DNA from: Candidatus Coprovivens sp.
GTDB taxonomy: Bacteria; Bacillota_I; Bacilli_A; RF39; UBA660
NCBI GenBank assembly: GCA_045654965.1
Contig: JAZOOK010000082.1
Location: 1 to 61,477, forward strand
DNA length: 61,477 nucleotides
Reading direction: 5' to 3'
Below are positions 28,367 to 39,200 of the stretch, in pieces. The first letter of the stretch is position 1; every line of letters starts with the position of its first letter. Made by a program: the position numbers and the translations under genes. Under the pieces are notes generated by a model that was given only the letters and a program-made list of their open reading frames with translations, ran no database searches and was not told where the DNA came from.

Positions 28367-30210
28367 GAAGATATAAATTAAAAAAAGGCGGAAGATGTAG
28401 AGATAGAGCTATTTTTGGAGCTGCTATAGGTGCAGGAGCAACTTTAGCTGCTGCAGGTATACAAGCTGCTGCAACTGCTAGTGCTGCAGAAAAACAAGCT
28501 AAAGCTGCTATAGAAAACGCTAAAACTCAAGCTCAAACTATTAGAGAACAAACTCAAAATAGTAACAGACTTCAACAAGAAGCATTAGCTTTTACTCGTC
28601 AGCAAAATCAAGAAAATAGACAACAACAACAAGATATGCAAATGACTCTTCAAATGATGGCTGGTAAAGATGCTATGAATGATATTATGTCTAGTCAAAA
28701 AGCAGTTCTTAAACTAGGAGGTCAACCTAGAATGTCTATAGCTGGTAGTGTTCCCTTCTACGGGGGAGCTAGTACACCATTTACTGTAACTGATGGAGGA
28801 GGTGCGTTACCTATTGTTACCGATATTGCAGGAAATGGACTATATGAACTTATAGGTAACGATCATGAGCATTATCATAAAGCTCCTGGCGGTAAACATA
28901 AAACTGGAGTTGGTATTAAATTTAACGATGGTACTGTTGTAGAAGGAGAAGGTAATCAGAATACAAATCAAGGAGAACTACTTTATGTAACTCCCGATGA
29001 TGCAATGTTTATTTCTAAACATACTATAGCTGGATTTAATCCAGCTCTTGCTGTTAAAAATGGAGTTCATCCTGAAAAAGCTTTTGCTATTCAAGAAATG
29101 ATTAAAGCAAGTAAAGGTTTGAATGATGATGGCACTAAAAAAAGAAAAAGTATTAAAAAAAGTTTAGGAGGATATAGTGTTTTAAATAATACTGCTAATT
29201 TGACTCAAAATCCTTTTAATAGTAATATAGCTTTAGCAGCCGGAGGTTTTTATCCTACAAATAATAAAGCTAAACTAGGTAAACGGATTAAACTTAAATC
29301 AGGTGGTTTTTGGAATAATTACGGTGGGGCATTTGTAAGTGGTGTAGGTAATTTAATTGGAGGAGGTATTAATTGGCTAGGAACTGGTCTTGCCGGCAAT
29401 ACTTTAAGTAAAGCTTATAATACAGCAGGCGAAACTCTTGCAAATGCCTATAGACAAATGAAAGGAATTGATATGTCAGAACTTAAAATGGAAGATTATC
29501 AAGCTCCTAAAAGTATAGCAGTTATTCGTTCTGCAAATACTAATATAAACCCTCAATTAGAAAGACTTCGTAGAAATGCTAAAGCTGAACAACGAGAAAT
29601 TAATAGAGGTACGATGAGTTCTGCAGCTAGACAACAAAGACTTGCAGCAGTTAATGATAGAATGATGCAAAGAATGAGTGAACAATATTCTTATAAAGAT
29701 CAACTAGATGAACAAATTCGTCAAGGAAATGCTGAAAGAATTACACAAACTGCTCAAGCTAACGCAGATAGAGAAGCTGAAGCTCGTCAAAATTATGCAA
29801 CACAAAGACTTAGTTTGCTTCAATATAATAATAATATTGAAAATTCTAAACTTGCAGGAATTGCTCAAGCTCAAGCTGATGCTCTTACTCAAGGAGCTAC
29901 AGCTAAAGCAACTGCTTTACAAAGCGGTGTAGCTTCTTTAAGTACAGGATTAACTGCTACTGGAGCAGGTTTTGCATCTACTGCTGATGGTATTAGACAA
30001 GAACAGGCTAATTTAGATGCTATAATGTATAGAGCTGATACTGAAAATCAAATAAATTATTTGATTCAAAATCCTGGTATTAGAGGAAATTATGATAGAG
30101 CTCGTAATTTATATAATGTTTATAAAAATAGCGATAACGCTACATTAAAAGGTTACGCTATTCAACTTAACGATGTTTATAAATTTGATAATAATATAGT
30201 TTCTGATTGA
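28363..30210 (+). CDS. Ala/Gln-rich internal (ejection/cargo) protein candidate (615 aa)
   Basis: ATGA overlap with the upstream gene. There are glycine-zipper-like hydrophobic stretches (AIFGAAIGAGATLAAAGIQAAATASAA) and long Q/A/R-rich helices. The gene contains motif copy 6. Confidence 0.4.
   Translation: MRRYKLKKGGRCRDRAIFGAAIGAGATLAAAGIQAAATASAAEKQAKAAIENAKTQAQTIREQTQNSNRLQQEALAFTRQQNQENRQQQQDMQMTLQMMAGKDAMNDIMSSQKAVLKLGGQPRMSIAGSVPFYGGASTPFTVTDGGGALPIVTDIAGNGLYELIGNDHEHYHKAPGGKHKTGVGIKFNDGTVVEGEGNQNTNQGELLYVTPDDAMFISKHTIAGFNPALAVKNGVHPEKAFAIQEMIKASKGLNDDGTKKRKSIKKSLGGYSVLNNTANLTQNPFNSNIALAAGGFYPTNNKAKLGKRIKLKSGGFWNNYGGAFVSGVGNLIGGGINWLGTGLAGNTLSKAYNTAGETLANAYRQMKGIDMSELKMEDYQAPKSIAVIRSANTNINPQLERLRRNAKAEQREINRGTMSSAARQQRLAAVNDRMMQRMSEQYSYKDQLDEQIRQGNAERITQTAQANADREAEARQNYATQRLSLLQYNNNIENSKLAGIAQAQADALTQGATAKATALQSGVASLSTGLTATGAGFASTADGIRQEQANLDAIMYRADTENQINYLIQNPGIRGNYDRARNLYNVYKNSDNATLKGYAIQLNDVYKFDNNIVSD
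28753..28769 (+). repeat. GC-rich motif copy 6 (CCCTTCTACGGGGGAGC)
   Basis: It lies inside 28363-30210 and is read in a different frame, as PFYGGA. Confidence 0.95.
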
Positions 30211-30299
30211 GAAACTTTAATATCTTAAATGGAAGTTCCTATACCCAAGCATAAAACTAAAAAAGATTATAAACCATATTTTAATATAAAGCTAAAGTT

Positions 30300-31436
30300 A
30301 TGGCAGAATTACCTAATATGAGTTTAAAAGCACTACAGTTTAATCCTGTAGCTTTTACTCCTTTTCAATACGAATATAAACCTAATGACTTTTCTATATT
30401 AGAGAGGTCATTAGCACAAAGAGAACAAAGAATGAATGAAGCAGCTGAAGCTAAAGGAGCTATAGATGTAGCTTTAGCTGAAACAGAATTAAAATTACAT
30501 GAAAACGATAAAGAATGGTTTAGAAATTATAAAGAAAATATAAATAATAAAATACAATCTAATATAGATGCGGGTAATTTTGGTGTTGCATTTAGAACTG
30601 CTAAAACTACAGCAGGGGAAGTAGCTAAAGATTCTGCAATTCTTAGTAGAATAGAGGCTAATACCAAATATTTAGAAGATGAAAAAGCTCTTAATGAAAG
30701 AGTTAAATCTGGAGAAATAAGTCAAGATACTAGAGAATGGTGGTTAGCTACACAAGGTTCTTATGAAAATAGAATCACTTATGACGATAAAGGTGTTGCA
30801 ACTTTGAAAGATACAGGACCTTTATATAACGAGATTACTGATTCTGAAATTTGGGCTGCTATTGCAAAACTTATTCCTGCAGAAAAAGGGTCTAGTAGTG
30901 GTCAAGGAAGTACTACTAATGTTGATGGTACAGGTAGCGGTTGGCAATCAGGTAAATCTTATGAAAAATTATCTAAAGAAAGACTTCAAGCAGCTGTACT
31001 AGCATATATGAGTGATTCTACTAATCAAGCTAAATTTAAACAAAAGTATGATGTTGAAAAATTCAAAGCTGAAAAATTACAACAAGAATATAATTCTACT
31101 TCAGATGAAAATAGACGTAAAGAAATAGAAGTAGAATTACAAAATTCTGGTATGTTAGGAGCTAATAAACAAATTATAAGTTATGAGGAATATCTAAATA
31201 ATAAATTAAAAAATAGTCCTTGGGGTGATTTGTTATCTTATAATTATGTTACTACAACTAGTGGAAGTGTCACTGATAATCAAAGTACTAAAACTGGTAA
31301 TAGAACACCTTCTACGTTTGAGACTATATTTAGATCAATTACAGAAAGGGAGGTTACAACAAATGAAGGTCCTGATACAGAAATGAAAGTAACCGATGGA
31401 TTAAATACTCCTACAGCTACTGTAACTCCTAATTAA
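30300..31436 (+). CDS. hypothetical virion protein (378 aa)
   Basis: ATG ORF, co-directional, helical and K/E-rich. Confidence 0.5.
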   Translation: MAELPNMSLKALQFNPVAFTPFQYEYKPNDFSILERSLAQREQRMNEAAEAKGAIDVALAETELKLHENDKEWFRNYKENINNKIQSNIDAGNFGVAFRTAKTTAGEVAKDSAILSRIEANTKYLEDEKALNERVKSGEISQDTREWWLATQGSYENRITYDDKGVATLKDTGPLYNEITDSEIWAAIAKLIPAEKGSSSGQGSTTNVDGTGSGWQSGKSYEKLSKERLQAAVLAYMSDSTNQAKFKQKYDVEKFKAEKLQQEYNSTSDENRRKEIEVELQNSGMLGANKQIISYEEYLNNKLKNSPWGDLLSYNYVTTTSGSVTDNQSTKTGNRTPSTFETIFRSITEREVTTNEGPDTEMKVTDGLNTPTATVTPN

Positions 31437-31457
31437 ATAACAATTAAATAAAAAACT

Positions 31458-33233
31458 ATGAAATACGATTTTGGCAATTATATATATTATAATCCTAACA
31501 ATATTAATGGTGAACCTGAACCATTTAATAAACAAAAAAGAGATAGTCTTATAGCTAATAATAAATACGCTGAAGCTGTAAATTATTCAAGACTATTTCA
31601 TCCTAAAGATCCTAAAAAAGCAGCTAAATATGATTTAGATATAGCTAATCTAGAACGTACTGCTAAAATATATGAAGCTAAATTTCAACGTTTAGGTAAA
31701 GATAAAGATTTAGTACAATTTGTAGATTTACTATATCAAGGAAATTTATCTAATTATGCTAAAGGTAATTCTTATATAGATAATTATAATAATAAAATTA
31801 AAGATTTAAGCTCTGATAAAAACAATAATGTACATATAACTTTTAAACCTAAAAAACAATATGCTTTTGGTGCTGAATGGTTAGATTGGCTAGCTGCGGA
31901 TAATGAAGAATATAATATAGATGTTTTTTATAAAAATACTGGTTTAAGTAGAGCTCAACTTGAATCATCAGGAGTTAAGTTTATTGATGAAGAAGATGGA
32001 AGTACTACTATAAAAGTTAATAAAGGGCATGAGTTGTTTAATAAAATTATAATGGGAGTACCTATGGATAAACCAGTAGTACCTACTATAGGAGGTATTC
32101 CTTTCTATGGAGACTTTTCTAGTGATACACCTGAGATAAATTTATTTCGTAAGAAATGGATGGATGGTGATAAAGATAGAGAACTTGTTTATAATTTACA
32201 GAAAACGGTAAAAGATGCTCAAGAAAAAAGAGATAACATCTTTAAAAAGTATGAACCTGAAGTTGTGCAAAAAAGAGGTTTTACTATGCGTCTAGTTACT
32301 CCAGAATTATTACAAGCAGAACAAGCCGCAATTAATGGAGAACTAACACAATTTCAATATAATACACTTAAAAATCTTATTTTTGATGAAGTAAATAGAG
32401 AACTTGTTACAAGACCTTTTGGTAAGTACGATAAAGTTTATACTAATAGGTTTAATGAAAGAGGTGACGAAACATTTAGAGAAGCTCCTGTAGATGAACT
32501 AGTTAAACTTCAAAATAAATTAAGAACTAATATTGATGATTTAGAATATAGCGTATATAATAATGGAGTAGAAGAAGGATTAATGATTACTTATAAAGGA
32601 AAAGAAAAAGATAAAAGTAAATTACCTACAAACTTTGATGCTGATTTAGAAAATCATATAGCTGATGTTTCTTTTTCTGTATTTATTCCAGGTATGGCAG
32701 CTAATTTTATAAATTCTGCTGTAGGTCTAGATCCTAATTATAGAGCTAGTAAAGAATTATTAGATATGGCTAATTATGGAATTACTCATGAATTAGAAGA
32801 TGGTACAGTTTTACATGCCGATAATAATGGAAGAATTTTTGCAAAAGGTGTAGAAATTGATAGAAATGAAGCTTTAAGACTTATAAATAAAAACTTTGTA
32901 GTTGAAGATGCAAAACGTCAATTTCTTTATGATTCTGTAAATAAAGATAGTAATATTATTGATGAAGAAGCTTATGACCTTAAAGCTAAAAAACAAGCAA
33001 TTGCTTATGCTGCAGAAACTTATCCTGAAGTAAACTTGTTTTATGATTATGATAATACTTCTGAATATGACAATATTGAAGATTATGTTTTTTCTAAACA
33101 AATAGCTGGTGAAATACAAGAACCTGTAGCAGATAAAATGCCTTATGATGTATATAACGTATATACTGAACTATTTGATGTATATAGAAGAATAATGACT
33201 GGATTAACAAACCATAAAAAAATATATAACTAA
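31458..33233 (+). CDS. hypothetical virion protein (591 aa)
   Basis: ATG ORF whose stop overlaps the start of the 2781-aa gene (TAATG). Confidence 0.5.
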   Translation: MKYDFGNYIYYNPNNINGEPEPFNKQKRDSLIANNKYAEAVNYSRLFHPKDPKKAAKYDLDIANLERTAKIYEAKFQRLGKDKDLVQFVDLLYQGNLSNYAKGNSYIDNYNNKIKDLSSDKNNNVHITFKPKKQYAFGAEWLDWLAADNEEYNIDVFYKNTGLSRAQLESSGVKFIDEEDGSTTIKVNKGHELFNKIIMGVPMDKPVVPTIGGIPFYGDFSSDTPEINLFRKKWMDGDKDRELVYNLQKTVKDAQEKRDNIFKKYEPEVVQKRGFTMRLVTPELLQAEQAAINGELTQFQYNTLKNLIFDEVNRELVTRPFGKYDKVYTNRFNERGDETFREAPVDELVKLQNKLRTNIDDLEYSVYNNGVEEGLMITYKGKEKDKSKLPTNFDADLENHIADVSFSVFIPGMAANFINSAVGLDPNYRASKELLDMANYGITHELEDGTVLHADNNGRIFAKGVEIDRNEALRLINKNFVVEDAKRQFLYDSVNKDSNIIDEEAYDLKAKKQAIAYAAETYPEVNLFYDYDNTSEYDNIEDYVFSKQIAGEIQEPVADKMPYDVYNVYTELFDVYRRIMTGLTNHKKIYN

Positions 33234-36200
33234 TGACTACTAACGATATTTCAAAACAAGGTAATACAAAAACTCCTATTAATCTGAATACTATATCTCA
33301 ACTATATAATAGGAGAAAAAATCCTTATGATGAATTAGCTACTAGAGCTCTTGTTGAAGGATGGACTATTGACGCTAAAGAAGCTGCAAAATATAATAAA
33401 GCTGGACTTAATTATAATCCAAATATTCTTCCTAAACTAGATAAAGCTTTAGCTGAATCACAAGGAGCTGGAGAAAAATTATGGAATTCTCTTAAACAAA
33501 CTCTTTATAGTGAAATAGCTCTTGGTACAGTTAAAGGTTTTGCAGATTTATTTGATGTTATAACAGGAGAAGTATTTAAACCTAATAATGATTACTCTAA
33601 TCCAGTTAGTAGATATTTAGAAGAAGCTCAAGAAAATTTCAGACTTAATAATCCAATTCATGTTGACCCTAATATAAATATAAGTAATGGAGGTTTAGTG
33701 GATGTAGGTTGGTGGGCTAGCAACTTTCCAAGTGTTGCTAGTTCATTAACTTTACTTATTCCTTCTACCGGTGTAACAAAAGGTCTATCTTTATTAGGAA
33801 AAGGTCTTAAAACAGGTAAAGCAGTAAGTTACACTAGAAAAGCTTTAACTGGAGCTACAAAGGTACGTAATATAGAACAAGCTAATAGACTTAATAAATT
33901 TGCTAAATGGGCTAATAAAGAATCTACTATTATTGGAGCTAATAGACTATTTGAATCAGGTCTTACAGCAACAGCTATGCGTACTCTAGAAAATTATCAA
34001 GAATCTCGTCAAGTTTATAACGATATGTATAAAGAAGCTAGTAATTCTTTATATAATATGACAAATGAAGAATATCAAGATTTTTTAGAAAGAAATAAAG
34101 ATGAATTAGCTACTTATAATATAGATCTTAATGATAGAGAATCTGTAGCTAGAGCTATAGCTAATCATGCAGCAAATAAAACATTTATGATAGACTATAG
34201 TAATATCTTATTCGATGTTGCTCAAGTTTATGCTTTAGGTAATCCTTTAAAACTTACTAAAAATTTAAGACAAACTGCTAAAATTAGAAAAGCAGAAAGA
34301 TTGGCTCGTAGAAATAGAGGTAAAACTGCTGAAGAAATAGCTAAATTAGATGCTGCTGAAACTTTTGGAAAAAAAATTAAAAATTGGACTAGTGACCATA
34401 TTGCAGATGGTAGAATTTTAGCAGCTAATGCTACAGAAGGTATAGAAGAAGGCGTGAACTATATAGCTCAACAAGAAGGTATGAATTATGGTAGAGTCAT
34501 GCTTGACCCTAAAATGAATCCTGAAACAGCTTTTAGTAGTAGACTTCAATCTTATTTAAGTTCTCCTGAACTTTACGATGCTGCTTTTTGGGGAGTAATG
34601 GGAGGTGTAGTATTTCAAGGATTAGGTAGTCAATTTAATAGACTTTCCAATGCAATACAAGGTAAATGGAAAGAGTCAAAAGCTAAAAAGAAAGGTGAAA
34701 AAACAAAAGAAGACGTAGCTACTAATTGGAGAGAAAAATTTGAACTTCCTGAAAATAAACGACGTATAGCCGAAATAAATGCTAGAATTGCAGATGAAGA
34801 TAAATTATATGAACGTCTTTCTCAAATAGAAGAAGGTAAAGATCCATTTAATAGAGACGCTACTGATCCTAGTAAACAAGCAAATATTACTTCTGATATA
34901 GAAAAACAAGTAGCTAGAGATAGAGCTATAGATGAGTATATTGTAAATACTACTTTTAGAGCTTTAGAAACAGGTAATTATGATATGCTAAAATCATATC
35001 TACAAGATGAAAATGTTCGTAAAGTTTTAGCAAAAAAAGGAGTAATAGACACTTCTTCTATAACTAGTGTAGATAAATTAATAAATCGAATGGAAGAAGT
35101 AGAACAAATTTATAACGATAATCTTATTGCTATAGATGGCATATCTCAATCTTTTGAAAATGTTCCTTTTGAATATATACAAATTATTGCTAGAGATAAC
35201 GCTTTAGCTCAAATTCAACAACAAAGACTAAATGAGCAATTAGGAGCTTATGAAGAATCTGCTGAAAATAACGCTAGACGATTTGGAGCAAATCTAACTC
35301 AAGGTATCGATTATAAATCTGCTGTAGAATTAGTTGTAGCTGCTAGAAGATTAGGAACTCTAAGAGCTAGCAAAAAAGCTATAGAAGAAGATAAAGAATA
35401 TGCTAAATCTTTAGATGGACAAAATAGATTAAAAGACATAGATAATGAAATTAAATTAATAAATGAAAATTTAATTAATGAAAGTTGGAGTAGCAATAGT
35501 GAGTATAATTCTTTTAGCAATAGATTTGCTAGACTTATATGGGCTAATGCTATTTCAACAAAAGCATATTATGATGAACGTAATCAATATAAACATGATG
35601 ATGCTGCTTCTGAATATTTAGATTATTTAGATGCTCTTAGTAGAAGAGATTTTAATTATATACAGAGTGTGGCTAATGTTAATTTTGATATTACAGATGA
35701 AGAAATAGTTGAACTTTTCGGAGATGAAATATCATCAACAGGAATGTATGATAAACTTTCTCAAGATTTAAATACAGCTTTTGATATAGAAACAGGTCTA
35801 GATAAAAAAGCTGCACCTTTAAATGAAGATTATCAAAATATAGCAGCTTTGAAATTAGCTAAACTTACACAACAAGCTAGAATAGCAAATACAGATGAAA
35901 GTATTCTAACTAAAATTAATGAACTTCATAATTACATGAATGAAGCTAGAAGAAAAGCTATAGAAGAATCTGAATCTATTATTTTCGATATTGGTAAAAA
36001 ATATGGAAGAGTTGGTGTAATAGGTTATATTTTTAATAATGAATCTATGCCTAATATAACTTCTGAAGATAAAACTAAATTAGATTCTGCATTAGAAGTA
36101 TTAAATCTTACTACTGATTCTAATAGAATACTTGGAGAAAATCTTAAACATGCTCTTATATTAGGAGAACTTTATGGTGAAGCTCAAACACAAGAAGAAA

Positions 36201-39200
36201 AAGAATTAAATTCTGCACTTGAAAATTCGATTTCAGCAGATAATTCTGAACAGACAACCAATAATCCACAAGAAACACAATCATCAAACACAGGGCAAAT
36301 ATCAAGTCCACAAGGTCAAACATCATCGCAATCGCCCACAATTTCAACACAATCTCAAAAAGTTGATATAAGTACAAATATTGACGGAACTATATATTTT
36401 GATACTAATGTAGGAGAAAATGAAGTAGCTTATGACTATATAGAACAAGATAACGGAGATATAGTATTAAGTTTTCCTAAAGAAGTAGTATTTCCTAGTA
36501 ATTGGTTAAAAAATCAAGCATTATACGAAAATTATAATGAAAGTTATGATTCTGCAAAAGATACTATAGAATATCCTATATTACACAAAGATGAAAATGG
36601 TAATATAACTGTTAAACAAAAAGGGCGTATTATATATAATAATACCAACAACCCTTCTACGGGGGAGCAAGTTAAACCTGATACATCTAATTCTCAACCA
36701 ACTCCTATTCTTGCACCAAAGTCTACTCCAGTTCAAGAATCTACTAAAGAACGAGAAGATGTTCCGCCAGTATCGAATTTAGATGAAATTATTTTACAAA
36801 TAGAAGATAATATACAAAATGAAGCTAAAGCTATATTTGCTACTAGAGATGAAAGTAAAAATGTAGAAGAAGTAATACAAGAAATTGAAAATACATTAAA
36901 AGAAAATCATAAAAATGATGATAATCAAAAATATGTTCAAAATGCTATAAATAGATCTATTAGAATTCTTAAAGCTAGAGCTTTAAGAAAAGGTTTGATT
37001 AAAGCTGCTGCAGAAGTATTACATAGTGATGTTACAGAAATGCCTAATGGTAAATATGATTTTTCTGAAGAATACAAAAAACATGTAGTAGAAATGATCG
37101 AACAGTATTGCAGAGAAAGTGGACTTCGTAAAATAAATGGTAAATATTATATTAATTTAGAAGATGTTCTTCGTCGAATAAATAATTTATTTAATGAAGA
37201 CATGGCTAAATTAATGTTTGGAACAATAAATGCTTATCTTAATATATCAGAATCTAAAGAACATTTTGTAGTTATGGATAATACTACAAATCCTCAAGAA
37301 TTTTTAGATAATGTTAGAAAAACAGAAGAACAAAGATTAAAAGAACGTATAGGAAATAGAGAAGATAAAAATCATAGAGTTTCTATTGACCATTTATTTG
37401 AAAATCCTAGTGAATCTTTTTTAAAAACTTTTGATAGTATAAATAAAGGCGATAAACTTTCTATTAAATTAGAAGCTGGTGAAGTAAAATTACTTAAAAA
37501 TGGAGTAATTGTAGGAACATTACCTAAACCTTTGATTAACTCTAAAACTGGAGCATTTTATAAATATAATAATGGTTGGAGAACTGAAGTTTGGAAAGAA
37601 GGAGATAAAGTCGTAAGTAATTTAAGTTCTATATTTGAAACTATTCTTACAGAAGATAGCGAAGTTTGTAATTTTATAAATGATGCTATTACTGAACTTA
37701 ATTATGGTAATCCAAATAAAAAAAGAAAAGAAGAATTAATCGAAGCTATTTATGAAAAATTAAATACTGCTTTCGGAATTATAGATAATAACATAGTAAG
37801 TGAAAATAAAAGTAAAGAAGAAGTAATAAGTTATTTAGCTAAATTATGGAAATATATAAATGGAGCGCAATATAGTAAAGATGAAAGAAATGCTTGGATT
37901 TCAGATAGTTTAGAAACTTGGTTTGAAAAAGTATATGATTCGTATAGTTCTATAAATAATCTTATCGATGAATTATCTAACAATCCTACTAGTATAGAAG
38001 TTATAGTAGAAAATATAACTAGTGGAGAGCTAATTAGAATTGTAGATGATGAAACTAGAGGTGTAGGAGATAATTATAATAATTTTACTCAAGTAAATGA
38101 AGCTCTAGCCAATCCTAATGAAGCTATTTTGGGAATAGTAGATCCTTCTACTTCTAATGAACTTATAACTACAAATGGAAAAACTATAGTGCATAATCAA
38201 CTTGGACAATCAGGCACTCCTCATGTAGTAATTCCTAATAAAAATGGAATAGATAATTATGTAATAGGAACAGCTGTAAGATTTAATGATAAAAATTTAA
38301 CAGGAGATGTAAATATTATAATCGATTCTATAAAAAAAGAATTAATTTATAGAATAGAAAAACATATAGTTAATAATAACGGAAATTATCAAGAACTTTA
38401 TGATTTTTTACATGATTTATTAGATTCTAGTGCTAAAGGAAATAATACCGGATTATTGTACGGTGTAGCATTTACAAAACAAGCTAAAGATAGTTTAGGA
38501 TTTTTAATAAGTGTTGCTAGTAAAAATAGAGATGGGGCTTCTCTAAACGTTAAAAATGTAGTAGGTAAAAAATTATTTAGTTATAAACGTACTGGAAGTA
38601 CTGAATTTATTCAAGGAGATTTAAATAAACTAGAAGATCAAGTTATCTTTAAAGAGCTATTACTAGAAATACTAAATCAAACTAAATTTAATATTTCTAA
38701 AAACTATATACTTCCTGGTTATAAACCTAATGGTTTTGCAATTAAAGATGATACTGGTAAATTTTATATTAGTATTCCTAATTCTGCAGAACCTAGTAAT
38801 CCTACTAATTTTACTTATGATAATTTTCAAGATTTTGTATTTAAAGCCGGTATTATAAGGGTTAATACTAAAATAGAAAATAATAGTAATTATAAAAGAA
38901 AAGGCTTAAATCAAGCAGCTAATCAAATATTAGAAGTTAGTTTAAATAGAACAACCACCTCCCCCGTAGAAGAACGTTCTACAACTAATACTTCTTCTAA
39001 TTCAGAAGTAGAAAGTATTCTTAAAGATAATAGTGTTAAAGATAAAGCTACAACTATTATTGAAACTTTAGCAGAAAAAGAAATGCCTAAAGAAACGTTA
39101 ACAAAACTAAACTCTTTGCATTTATTACCTGAGAATATTATATTTGATGAAAACTTTAATACAAGAAATGATAAAGGTTATTGGGTTGGAAATAATGCAG

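Noticed and set aside
30229-30321. A 30-codon ATG ORF in the 30211-30299 gap that runs into the start of 30300-31436.
   Set aside because: It is very short, has no upstream signal, and overlaps the next gene's start. It is indistinguishable from chance.
31305-31324. A possible decayed 12th motif copy, ACACCTTCTACGTTTGAGAC, read as TPSTFE.
   Set aside because: It shares CCTTCTACG and GAG in the same frame as the PSTGE copies but lacks the G5 run. It could be a decayed copy or chance similarity, so I did not count it.
32100-32114. CCTTTCTATGGAGAC (IPFYGD), which resembles motif copy 3 and the PFYGG reading.
   Set aside because: Only the left half matches, and aligning the right half needs a gap. 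This is too weak to call without a statistical search.
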